This document shows, piece after piece, positions 19,872-29,695 of a stretch of 64,000 nucleotides of DNA. The translations under genes and the position numbers were made by a program. Source of the stretch: an uncultured Planctomycetota bacterium (lineage in GTDB: Bacteria > Planctomycetota > Planctomycetia > Isosphaerales > Isosphaeraceae); contig CAWGMQ010000011.1 of assembly GCA_963823665.1 (NCBI GenBank), positions 1,056,001-1,120,000 on the forward strand, written 5' to 3'. The notes below the pieces were generated by a model. That model was not told where the DNA came from, did not search any database, and saw only the letters and a program-made list of their open reading frames with translations. Each line of letters opens with the position of its first letter. Position 1 is the stretch's first letter.

Positions 19872-21092
19872 AGCGCACCCTCACGGTGCTCGCCCTGCTC
19901 CTGGGTTTCCCCCTCACCGTCGCCGCTTGTCTCTGGGACCGTGACACGCCGTCGGATGAGGCCAAGGGATTGCCCGAGGTTGTCGCGGTGCTCACGGGTC
20001 GGTTTCCCAGAAACCCGCCGCTTTACTATCGGATGCGGCTCGATCGCGTCACTACCCACTTGAAAACCCAACCCGACGACCTGGCCGACTACGACGATGC
20101 CGGTGTCGCCTGCGACCGCCTCGGCCGCGGCGACGAGGCGATCGCGTGGATGGATAAAAAGAAGCAAGCGCTCGATCGGCTCGACCCGAAATCGCCCGAT
20201 TTCAAAGAACACCTCTACCGCTATCATGCCAATCTGGGGACGTTCCTCGTGCATCGCTGGGTGCGGGGCGGTGGCGATCGAACCAAACTCGACGACGTCA
20301 GGCGCTCGCGCGAGGAGATCGCCGCGGCGATTGCGATCAATCCGAACGCCCATTTCGGCCGGGAGAAATACCAGTTGAAGGTGATCGAGTGGATTATCGA
20401 CCCGCCGACCTCCTCAGGCGATCAGTATTTGCCCAGTCTGCTGGGATTGACCCCGAACCCGATCGGGGAGATGGAGGATCCGAAAACGGCCGATGACGCT
20501 GTTCGCGGCCTGGCGGGCTTGGTCGTGCTCGGCAATGCTTGGGAAAGCGTCGACATCTTCCATGCGTTGAATGTCGCCTTGCAGCACGACACGCTCGGCT
20601 TCAAGCAAGACCGCGATGGCGGGCGAAATTCGCTAGCCTACCTGGCCTGGCTGCGCTGCCGCGAATTGATCGACGCTGGCAAAAACTCGATGTTGCCGGA
20701 TGCACCCAAGGGTGCAGCCCTGAAAGACCGCTTGCCGAGGCCAGACTTCGTGGAAAGCGACCGGTTGCTTGACCCGGCCTTTGCAAATCTTCGCGCTGAG
20801 GCTGACGCCTGGCAGGAAGCTCGTACGGCGTTCATGCTCGAGCGTCTGAACGCAGGCCGACATCCCGACACAGACCCTGAATTTTGGGGAGGTTACGTCG
20901 AATCGCCGCCGCCGAGTCTGCCAGCGAAGTCGGTTCCCGACTACTACCACGAGAGAATGAAGCTGCGCCAGCGGCTGTCTCTGCTGGTGCTCGCCGGCGT
21001 GCCGGCCGCTGCCCTCGCCTTCATCGCGGGCGGCGCACATCCTCCGCTCCCGGCGGCGCAAGGCGCGTCACGCCGGTGACCAACTCGCGTAG
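19868..21092 (+). CDS. Hypothetical exported, C-terminally membrane-anchored TPR-like protein
   Basis: ATGA overlap with the upstream stop; signal peptide then CLWDRDT; AIAINPNAHFGREKYQ; C-terminal TM. The ORF stops at 21079, but an alternative frame ILRSRRRKARHAGDQLA* (stop 21092) fits the positive-inside rule better. Confidence 0.75.
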
Positions 21093-21199
21093 ACTGTAGA
21101 CTTCGGCAATTTGCGACCTAAGATTGGCATGTCGAGTGCGTAAGGGTCTGGTCAGGTTTTCGTGCGACTGAGTAACCTGGCCCGCGCTCGAACGGGAGA

Positions 21200-21505
21200 A
21201 TGAGCATTATGCCATTGCGCTGTACGCTCACGTATTACGGCGAGGACGGCGAAAGCGTCGAGCATCACAAGAAGTGGTACCATTACCTGGTTGTGGCCAA
21301 TCCGGGCGCCTCACCGGGCTCAGCTGTGGCGAGCATCATCACGCTCTCCGACGCGCGAGCCGAATCGAGTGGCTCAAGCGGCGACGTGGAGCACACGATC
21401 TGCGCGTCGGAAGGGGGCATGGAAGCGTCGCTCAAGATGGCGGAAGACTTTTTGACGCAGCACCATCCCGGTCTCAAGCGCATCACCGGCAAAACACGCA
21501 GTTGA
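21200..21505 (+). CDS. Hypothetical protein
   Basis: GGGAGA near the start; globular-looking composition (LRCTLTYYGED...KKWYHYLVV...HHPGLKR). Confidence 0.6.
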   Translation: MSIMPLRCTLTYYGEDGESVEHHKKWYHYLVVANPGASPGSAVASIITLSDARAESSGSSGDVEHTICASEGGMEASLKMAEDFLTQHHPGLKRITGKTRS

Positions 21506-21767
21506 GCGAGTGTCGCCTTTGGCTCGGCGAAAATAGCGTCCCGGTCTCAACCGAATCACGAGCCAGTCGCGCACTTGAGCAGCGTTCCCAAGCGCGTTGC
21601 ATTCACGGCAGCCGCTAGGGATAATGGCGCTCGGCGGCGACGGTGACCGTGGTCGTCAGACCGTGGTTTTGGCGCGCATCAAGATCGATTCGGCGTATAC
21701 GCACGACTGAGGAAGCCGCGCGCCATTCCGCGAATAAGCCGTCTCCACTCAACCGAGGGAGCCGCCG

Positions 21768-22256
21768 ATGGATGCAAACGAAATCCTCCGGCAGATGACG
21801 ATCCCCAATCCGTGTTCCGTGGATTGGGGTCAAATGCGCGGCGACAACCGCAGGCGCCATTGCGAATCCTGCGGCAAGCACGTCTACGATCTCACGGCGA
21901 TGAACCCGAGCGAAGCGGCAGCACTGCTCAACTCACGGCAACCAGAAATCTGCGGCGTCGCCTACAAGAAGCCCAATGGAACGCTTTTCCTCTTCGACAG
22001 TGAGCCCGCGCCAGAGCCGGCGCCGGCACGCTGGCAGTTCCGGATTCGTTCGCTCATGGGCATCATCGCCGGTGTCGCGGCGGCCTTGGGTGTCGCCCGG
22101 GCCGTGACGGTCTCCGATCCGCCGGTGCCGGCGCAGCCGAAAAAGCCCACGGCTGCGAACGTCTCGCGGGTAATCGGTGCGCTCCGCCGCTATGATGGTC
22201 CAGTCAAGCCGCCTGACACGCCTGCCGGATGCAGTCAGTCCGACGCCTATCAATAA
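21768..22256 (+). CDS. Hypothetical membrane protein with N-terminal four-Cys domain (paralog 2)
   Basis: SD GGGGAG; IPNPCSVDWGQMRGDNRRRHCESCGKHVYDL...EICG, followed by a TM segment. Confidence 0.75.
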   Translation: MDANEILRQMTIPNPCSVDWGQMRGDNRRRHCESCGKHVYDLTAMNPSEAAALLNSRQPEICGVAYKKPNGTLFLFDSEPAPEPAPARWQFRIRSLMGIIAGVAAALGVARAVTVSDPPVPAQPKKPTAANVSRVIGALRRYDGPVKPPDTPAGCSQSDAYQ

Positions 22257-22259
22257 AGT

Positions 22260-23283
22260 TCACCGTCCCCCGTCCGGATCCGGCAGTGCCGGAATCACCG
22301 GCTTCCCTCCGGGCGGCGGGTCGACTTTGAGCGTGTAGATCTTGCTTCGCTCGTTGAGCGCGCTGAACTTGCCGTGATGCACCTGCACCTGGCCGTTGTG
22401 CTTCACGCGCACTTGCCAGTGGGTTGGTTTGGCGATCCCGCCGAATCCGCCCCAGTAAACGACGTACCACTTATAGATTCCGGGTGGGCCGGGGCCTTTC
22501 ACTTTTTCCGAGCCTGGTCCGTCTGTGTCAACGAGCCAGTATACGTTTTCGGGGCCGTATCCCCTGGTGTTGTCCACATCCAGCTCGCCGCCCAGGTTTC
22601 CCTTGGGGCTCTCCCAGAAGATCTCCTTACCGCCGGGCTCGAGCACGTGCAGGTCGAGGTCGACGTTGTCGGAATTCCAGATCAAGGTGAACTGCGGGTC
22701 ACCGACTTTCACCTGGACGCCCCGGATCACCTCGCCGCCTTCTCCGAACCGGGCCAGGCCGAAGCCGTCGCCGTCGCCTGCACCGGGGTTGGAATTCGCG
22801 TGGCCCCCGCTCGCGCTGGGATCCTTGGCGCCGGCCGCCTTGATCGCGTGGTCGAGGCTCGCGAGGCTCGAGGGGCGCAAGCGTTGGCGACATGAGCGCG
22901 GGCTCGGCCGCAACCTCGGGCGCAGCGGGCATCGCCAGAGGCGTGTTGAGCCCGCCGGTCAACTGGTCGCTTTCGAATACACCGTTGGGCGAGCCGGCGA
23001 GCCGGGAGTCAAACGTGGCCGGCCCATCCAGTCGCGGCGCGAAATACCAGCAGCCCAGAACGACGAGCAGAAGCACATGCCCCGCGAGCGAGCCGGCCCA
23101 GCCCTTGCGCACCTCCGGCGTCCAGTATTCCCAGTCGAGGATCGACGGTCGCGGCTCCAGTGGCTCGGCAAGGTCGACGTCGGGTGCCGCGGGCTTGGCC
23201 GCGCGCTCCGGCGGCCGCGCGATCGGAACCTTCGGTGCGGCGGCGGAATCCGAGGCTCGCGCTGTCGACGTGCTGCCCGCCAT
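22260..23283 (-). CDS. Membrane-anchored YfaP/DUF2135-like protein (frameshift near 22870)
   Basis: N-terminal TM SLAGHVLLLVVLGCW; C-terminal FTLIWNSDNVDLDLHVLEPGG...GELDVDNTRGYGPENVYW...PGIYKWYVVYW. Confidence 0.7.
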
Positions 23284-23577
23284 CGCCTCAACTATCCTCT
23301 CGGCGCGGAAAGCCGTTTAATGGCCTCCCCCGTGCGCCCGTTGATCGCGACCGCTTTTTTTCCACCGATCGAGCCAGTCCGATTTCTCTCGTCGGCCAGT
23401 TTACCACGCGCAAGAGTGTGCGCGAAAGCTCAAATCGGTTGCGGTTGACGATCCCTGCGGTTACAAGGGAATCTCGGTTGAATCGGATTTCCGCCGGGCG
23501 CCGCCGGTGACGGCGCCGGCAACTCTCACTCCGGAAGCTCGGTAGGTCGAGCGACACTCAACGTCCAGGGGCCGCAC

Positions 23578-24375
23578 TTGGATTCTCACCATCTCAAGCA
23601 GTTGCTCGAATCTGTGCGCGACGGCCGGCTGGCTCCCGATCAGGCCTTGCATCAAATTCGGATTCAGCCCTTTCAAGACGCCGGGGAATTCGCCAAGGTC
23701 GACCTGCATCGGGCAGTGCGGTGCGGATTTCCCGAGGTTGTCTTCGGCCAGGGCAAGACGGCCCCGCAGATCGAAGGCATCCTGCGCACGCTCGACGCAC
23801 ACGGCGAAGGCGGGCTGGTCACGCGGCTCGATCCCCAGGCCGCGCTGCACCTGATCAACGTCTTTCCGGCAGGCGAGCACAACCCGCTGGGGCGCACCTT
23901 CCGCATTCGCGGCAAGCGCGACGCCGAGCCCAAGCTGGGGAAGGTCGTGATCGTCACGGCCGGCACGAGCGACCTGCCGGTGGCCGAGGAAGCGAAGGTC
24001 ACAGCCGAAGCCTGGAACTGCGACGTGACGCTGGTCGCGGATGTCGGCGTTGCCGGGCTTCATCGCCTGCTGCACCAGCTCGAGCGCCTCGCTTCCGCCG
24101 ATGCCTTGGTTGTCGTCGCGGGCATGGAAGGCGCGCTGCCCAGCGTGGTCGGCGGGCTGGTCGATTGCCCTGTCATCGCCGTCCCGACCAGCATCGGCTA
24201 CGGCGCCCACTTCCACGGAGTGGCCGCGCTCCTGGGCATGCTCAATAGCTGCGCATCAAACGTAGTGGTGGTGAATATCGACGCCGGCTTCAGTGGCGGA
24301 CACGTCGCCAGCCTGATCGCGCACCGCATGGCCCAGGCGCGCGGCGTCAGCCCCACCGCCGGCAACGTGAGGTAA
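23578..24375 (+). CDS. larB: Nickel pincer cofactor biosynthesis protein LarB (PurE-like)
   Basis: DLHRAVRCGFPEVVFGQGKT, TAGTSDLPVAEEA, DVGVAGLHRL, AGMEGALPSVVGGL, PTSIGYG, MLNSCA, VVNIDAGF. Confidence 0.92.
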   Translation: MDSHHLKQLLESVRDGRLAPDQALHQIRIQPFQDAGEFAKVDLHRAVRCGFPEVVFGQGKTAPQIEGILRTLDAHGEGGLVTRLDPQAALHLINVFPAGEHNPLGRTFRIRGKRDAEPKLGKVVIVTAGTSDLPVAEEAKVTAEAWNCDVTLVADVGVAGLHRLLHQLERLASADALVVVAGMEGALPSVVGGLVDCPVIAVPTSIGYGAHFHGVAALLGMLNSCASNVVVVNIDAGFSGGHVASLIAHRMAQARGVSPTAGNVR

Positions 24376-24398
24376 AACACCGATCGGATGCGCAAGAA

Positions 24399-25302
24399 AT
24401 GAACAATCCCCTCGAAGCCATTGAAGCCGTTCCCGTCCTGGGCCCGCGCCGCGCGATAGCCACAAAGGACGATACGGGCACGTCCTCGTCATCGCCGGGT
24501 CCCGCGGCATGGCCGGCGCCGCCGCCCTGTGTGGCGCGGCGCGCTGCGATCCGGCGCCGGTCTCGTCCGCGTCGCCACGCCTGAGGAGGTCAACCCCACC
24601 GTCGCGAGCTTCGAGCCGTCGTACATGACCCATCCACTCCCGTGCGATTTGGCCGGCTGCATCGACTTCGCCGCTGCGCAACCGGTTCTCAAGCAATTGA
24701 TCGAGCCGGCAACGGTCATCGCGGTCGGCCCCGGGCTCGGCCAATCGCCGGGCATTCGAGCCCTCATCCCGTTCTTGATCGCCGAATCGGACAAGCCCCT
24801 CGTGATCGACGCCGACGGATTGAACGCCCTGGTCGGCCAGACGCAGATCCTGTCTGGATCGAAAAAGCCGGTTGTACTAACTCCCCATCCTGGCGAATTT
24901 GCCCGGCTTTCCGGCTTGCCCGTCGCGACCGTTCAAGCCGAGCGAATCGTTCGGACTGCTGCGTTCGCGGGGCAGGCCGAGCCATTGGTGGTCGTTCTCA
25001 AAGGCTTAGGCACAGTGGTGTCCGATGGAAAGAGGTATTACGTGAACACAACAGGGAACCCCGGGATGGCTACCGGCGGGGCCGGCGATGTTCTCACGGG
25101 CGTGATCGCCGCGCTCTTGGCTCAGAAACTCCCGGCGTTCGAGGCGGCGCAGCTCGGTGTGTTCATCCACGGAGTTGCCGGCGACATCGCCCGCGATCAG
25201 AATGGAGAAACAGGCTTGATTGCCGGTGACATCGTCGATGCCTTGCCCGATGCTTTTGTCCATACGATGCCCGATGCCGAACCGATCTATCCGCTCGAAT
25301 GA
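24399..25302 (+). CDS. nnrD: NAD(P)H-hydrate dehydratase (frameshifts at ~24453 and ~24540)
   Basis: Rejoined SHKGRYGHVLVIAGSRGMAGAAAL, LRSGAGLV, VGPGLG, VIDADGLN, LTPHPGEFARL, VLKG, GNPGMATGGAGDVLTG. Confidence 0.88.
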
Positions 25303-25382
25303 ATGGCTCCGGGGCGGATTGAAATCGAAGTGAACGACTCGCCTGGATTGGTCGTATTCATGGAAACTGCCCTCAATGGCCT

Positions 25383-25410
25383 TTGCCGGGAGGGCGGCCT
25401 GGCGTAGAAT
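25383..25410 (+). promoter_or_regulatory. Putative sigma70 promoter
   Basis: TTGCCG-N16-TAGAAT, about 95 bp upstream of the GTG at 25505. Confidence 0.45.
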
Positions 25411-25504
25411 GAATCCGTTGTCGGGGCCCGCAGCCAGACCTCGACGAGCTCCCATGCGGAGATTCACCGCGGTTCCATAGCGGAACAAGCGAAGGAGGCA
25501 GGTT

Positions 25505-26017
25505 GTGTCCACGCGAGAAAACCCGTCCCCCCCAGCCCCGGCCTGGACCTATCGCATGGAGGTCTCCCCGACGGGGCAGAATCCCACCGGTGCGATTGCC
25601 AACCCCAACGACCCGATTCTATTGCTCCACCTCCTGGCCAACCTGCAGAGTCAAACGCTTGAGGTGCAGCGCCAGCAACTCGACATGCAGCGCCAGCAGC
25701 TCGAAATCTCGCGTGAATTGCTCCAGGTCAACCGCGAACAGCGCGCCCGCCAGGCCTCCGAGCTCGAACGCTGGCAGGCCGGCCACGAGTCGATCCTCGA
25801 GACCTGCAAGGAAACGCTGGGCAAGCTCGAGCAGGTGCACGCCTCGCTCATGAGCGAGCTGGCGAACTACGTCGACGACAACCACGAAAACCTGCTCGAA
25901 GGAGACTTCTCCCTGAGCGATTTCGTCGACCGATTCGGCCCCCGGCTCGCCCATCTGAACACGATGCTGGCCGTGCTCCGCCCGCTCGCCGCTGCGAATC
26001 GCAAGACGGAAAGTTAA
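25505..26017 (+). CDS. Hypothetical coiled-coil protein
   Basis: Strong SD AAGGAGG; Q/E/L heptad-rich region; SDFVDRFGPRLAHLN. Confidence 0.75.
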   Translation: MSTRENPSPPAPAWTYRMEVSPTGQNPTGAIANPNDPILLLHLLANLQSQTLEVQRQQLDMQRQQLEISRELLQVNREQRARQASELERWQAGHESILETCKETLGKLEQVHASLMSELANYVDDNHENLLEGDFSLSDFVDRFGPRLAHLNTMLAVLRPLAAANRKTES

Positions 26018-26367
26018 GCAAAATAAAGCGACTAGCGGTGAGCCCAGCGTAGGATGCGTGCAAGCACGGCCTGCACGCGGTTCACGTTGGGTTGCACCGA
26101 GCCCGCACTGACGTTGCGCGCTACGAGGCCTTGCGCACGCAACGAGAGACACGACCGCTGGCCACGCGCGTGTCAATGGGGACAAGTTCAGGTTTGTCAC
26201 TGCGCCCGATGGACGCTACGCAACCAGACGCGCCATCGTGTCTTACTCACATCGCTCGCCGGAAGTCGGCACCGCGAAAGACGCCAGCGGAAGCCGGAAC
26301 CGGAACCCGCTGGCTTGGGGATATGTTGATCGATTGATCGACCGATGGCGCTAAAGTCAACTGCTGA

Positions 26368-26748
26368 TCAATAGCGCCGGCTGTCGTAGCCGCCACCACC
26401 GCCAGAGCGGCCTCGACCACCACCGCCTCCAGCGCCGCCGCCGCCTCCACCACCACGCCAGCCACCGCCGCCGCCACCACCGCCCCCGGGACGGGGCTCG
26501 CGAGGCCGGGCCTCGTTGACGGTCAGTCGACGGCCATCATGCTCCTGCTCATTCAAGGCGTCGATCGCCGATCGCGCCTCGGTCTCGTTGCTCATCTCCA
26601 CGAACCCGAAACCCTTGCTCCTGCCTGTGTCGCGGTCGGCAATGACCTCCGCGCTCTCAACGCTGCCGAACTGGGAGAACAGTTGCTCGAGATCGGAACT
26701 GCTCACCCGGTAAGTGAGGTTTCCGACGTACAGTTTCTTACCCACCAT
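26368..26748 (-). CDS. RRM RNA-binding protein with Gly/Arg-rich tail
   Basis: RNP2 LYVGNL, RNP1 KGFGFVEM, VNEARPRE, then GGGG...RGG tail; SD CAGGAG. Confidence 0.95.
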   Translation of the reverse strand: MVGKKLYVGNLTYRVSSSDLEQLFSQFGSVESAEVIADRDTGRSKGFGFVEMSNETEARSAIDALNEQEHDGRRLTVNEARPREPRPGGGGGGGGGWRGGGGGGGAGGGGGRGRSGGGGGYDSRRY

Positions 26749-27011
26749 CAATCTCCTGAAGCGGGGGATTCGATCCCCCCTTGAATCACGTTCCGGGTCG
26801 AATCGCAACAGGCCGACCGGAGGACCTGCGGTGGAAATGCGAGAGAGGCAAGTGAATCATTGCGGCGGAAAACCACAACACGCACTCATTCGGTTTCCAA
26901 CCGTGGATTAGTATAATCAAGCGACAATTGAGACGGGTAGACCGAATTTTTGAAATTGTCGTATTTTTTGAAATGTCGCGCGCCCGGGATGCGAAAGCAC
27001 TCCTTCAGGTG

Positions 27012-27530
27012 TCACTCATCAGACCGCGGTCCGCGGTCTAGGGCGTACTTGAGTACGCGCCGCCCCATGAGGTCGACGTCGCCTTGCAGGCTCATCCCCA
27101 GCCGCACTGCAACCGCGATCGAGTTGCCGTTTCCTGGCTGAATCAGGCTGATGACGCGATCCTTACCAAGACGATTGAAGGCGAAATCGATCGTGAGGAG
27201 CGCGGCCTCGGTCGCGTAACCCTTGCCCCAAAATCGCCTGCGCAGGGCCCAGCCAATCTCGAACCCTGGCCAGCCTTCCGGCTGCCAGCAGCCTACTCTG
27301 CCGGCGAGCTGCCCGCTGCGCCGCTCCTCGACCGCCCAGAGGCCGAATCCGCGCAAATGCCAGTGGCCGACGATGAAGGCCATGTGCCGCCACGCTTCGG
27401 CGCGAGTGAGCGTTTGCCCGTCGCCGAGGTAACGCATGACCTCCGCATCGGCACACATCTCGGCATACGCATCCAGATCCGACTCGCTCCACATCCTGAG
27501 CAACAGCCGCTCGGACTCTAGCGTATGCAT
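27012..27530 (-). CDS. GNAT family N-acetyltransferase (RimJ/RimL-like)
   Basis: LESERLLLR, GFGLWAVEE, EIGWAL..RFWGKGYATEAA, N.NSIAVAVRLG. Confidence 0.9.
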   Translation of the reverse strand: MHTLESERLLLRMWSESDLDAYAEMCADAEVMRYLGDGQTLTRAEAWRHMAFIVGHWHLRGFGLWAVEERRSGQLAGRVGCWQPEGWPGFEIGWALRRRFWGKGYATEAALLTIDFAFNRLGKDRVISLIQPGNGNSIAVAVRLGMSLQGDVDLMGRRVLKYALDRGPRSDE

Positions 27531-27535
27531 TTCTT

Positions 27536-28476
27536 TCACACGGCCTCGGGCTGGCCTTTCTTGCTGAGCGGCCACGGTCGCGGGATCTTGGTCTTGATCT
27601 CGCGCCAGATCGCCTCGCGCACCCGCGCTCCACTGTCCTTGACGATTCCCGAAAGCAAACGGGCCGCCTGGGCCGTGGCGGCCCGGCGCATTTGCGCCGC
27701 GGCTCGGCGACCAGCGATCCGCAGTACTCCTTGGCGACCATCCCGATCCGTAGGGTCAAGAATGCGTTCGTACTTCCGCTCATGAGGGAGTTCACCAGGA
27801 TGGTCGTGAAAACCTGGAAGCCCGGAATTGCACCCCCCACGGCCCCGACCGTTCCGGCCACGACCGGCTGAATCATCTGATGCAGCTCCAGATCGTCGAG
27901 CTCACCAGCGAGCAGAGAAGTGGCGGCCACATTGGCGTAAAGATGGGTAAGATCCCTGAGCGACGGCCGCTGATAGTAAAGTTGCGCGATCTTCCAGACC
28001 ATGCGTGATTGAGCGCTCAAGACGAGAAGCGCATCCAGCCGCCCGCTCTGGGAGACCGCCGTCGTGATAAACACGGTTGTCGCCGTCTGCTTGATCAGGG
28101 TGTCGGCTTCCGCATCCAGAGCGCAGATCGCATCCTCGACCTTCCGGCGATCGACCGGCCCGACGGTCTCGAGCTGAAGCTGGGGGTTGCTCGCCAGTCG
28201 GTTGCGCAATTGGGTGAGGTGTTCCTCGAATTCGGGGCCCGACTCAGCCGAAGGTGGCACGAGCGGCTTCGGCATGCGCAGGATCATGACCAGAGGCACG
28301 CCGATGGTCCCGGCGTAGACGGTCAGCAGAACCCAGAGCGTGGCCGTGCCGAAGGTGGGATGCACCTCCTTGGCAAGCTGCACGACTCCGGCCGTCTGGT
28401 TGATCACCACGAGCGTGCAGCTCAGGATGATCAATCCGCTTCCCAGCAGTGCAAATGTCTTGAGCGATTTCTTCAT
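27536..28476 (-). CDS. DUF697/YcjF-like membrane protein (frameshift near 27690)
   Basis: Two N-terminal TMs; TAVSQSGRLDAL...LYYQRP...GSTNAFLTLRIG; adding one base gives ...VRRAATAQAARLL...GQPEAV* (TGA at 27538-27536). Confidence 0.7.
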
Positions 28477-28667
28477 CAGCAACGACCCTGATCAAGCTGG
28501 TAAGGAAGAAAGCACGCCGACCCGGCACCCGCTTCATTAAAGGTTCTTCGTACCGAACGCGCCGAATATTAAAGCAGCAAATACGGGATAGAGCCAGCGT
28601 TCTGGGCGAGCGAGGGACGTGATTCTACAAAAACCCTGTTGGCCGTGCGCACACGTATCAGATCGAT

Positions 28668-29084
28668 TCAGTCTGGCGGCGGCCGATCGGATTCAACCGG
28701 CATCCAGGGGAATTCGGCAGCATGCCGGTACTTTCGGGACATCTCGACCGCCCAACGGTCTCGCGGGTCTGACGGATCGGGAAGCTCCGAGGGCCAGGGT
28801 TGTGGTCCGCGCACCATGTAATACCTGAACATCCACTCATACTGTCGCGCCCGTTCGCTGTACCGAACCGAGATCGACAGCATCCTGCACGACCAAGCCG
28901 CCAGGGCGACGATCACAACCGCTTTCATGATTCCTCGAATCGTGAATCGGAAGGGCTGGCGAACCGAGCGTCGGTCTCGAGTACCGGCGGGTTGACGCCG
29001 CGCCGCGATCAACTCCTCGACTCCTGGCAGCCAGGCGAATCGAGCGAGGTCACCGGTCGCTCTGCTGAGGAGAGCTCTCTTCAT
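28668..29084 (-). CDS. Small hypothetical membrane protein (start uncertain)
   Basis: FRFTIRGIMKAVVIVAL TM segment; C-terminal MSRKYRHAAEFPWMPVESDRPPPD, a motif I recognise from Isosphaeraceae paralog families. Confidence 0.6.
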   Translation of the reverse strand: MKRALLSRATGDLARFAWLPGVEELIAARRQPAGTRDRRSVRQPFRFTIRGIMKAVVIVALAAWSCRMLSISVRYSERARQYEWMFRYYMVRGPQPWPSELPDPSDPRDRWAVEMSRKYRHAAEFPWMPVESDRPPPD

Positions 29085-29199
29085 CCGGACGACCTGCTTC
29101 CGCGATGATCTTGAGGAGCTGACCGCGTGAATGATCGCTCAATCCGAGCGATTGTTCAACTGGCGGCTGGTCTCCATCAGCGTTCGCCGCACTTCGCCT

Positions 29200-29568
29200 T
29201 CAGCCGCGCTGTTGGACGCCGCGCCGAGCCGATCGCTGCTTACGGTGATGAACGCCGAGCAGTACGAGCGTGGTGAGGATCGACGGCACGATCATGTCGG
29301 CCACGAATGCTCTCGCCTCCCACGCCTCGGGATCCGCCGCATGGAAGTACAGGATCCCGATCGCCGCCCCGATGCCAAATCCAACGGCCACGAACCCCAG
29401 CCGGTAGTGCCCACTTCGAAGATGAACGAAGTGCGCAATCAACGCGCCGGCGAATCCAAAGATAGCCGGCGCGGTCGGTGGAAACGTGACCGCCGTCGAC
29501 AAAATCGCGACCGCCACGACCATCTCCATCATCTGCCAGGTGGTGAATCCACGGCCGGACACGCGCAT
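29200..29568 (-). CDS. Hypothetical membrane protein (about 4 TM)
   Basis: Hydrophobic segments throughout; GAGG SD-like sequence upstream; basic C-terminus. Confidence 0.55.
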   Translation of the reverse strand: MRVSGRGFTTWQMMEMVVAVAILSTAVTFPPTAPAIFGFAGALIAHFVHLRSGHYRLGFVAVGFGIGAAIGILYFHAADPEAWEARAFVADMIVPSILTTLVLLGVHHRKQRSARRGVQQRG

Positions 29569-29695
29569 GAGTTCGACCTCACTCGAACGCTGACGATCGC
29601 ACCGACCTACCTCGCCGGCAAAGATTCTTGAGGGACTTTCCTCCGTGAAAGGCTACTTGTATCATACGGTCCAGATGACCGGATGGGAGTAACCG

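Noticed and set aside
23290..23570. tRNA or riboswitch in the divergent intergenic region before larB
   Set aside because: No cloverleaf, T-loop or known aptamer consensus recognised.
26040..26330. Possible ncRNA or REP remnant (GTAGGATGCGTGC...) between convergent genes
   Set aside because: No clean inverted partner or recognisable RNA fold found by eye.
29625..29665. Autoregulatory ECF promoter (TGAGGGAC...CTACTTGT)
   Set aside because: Only one instance in the window, so no consensus can be supported.
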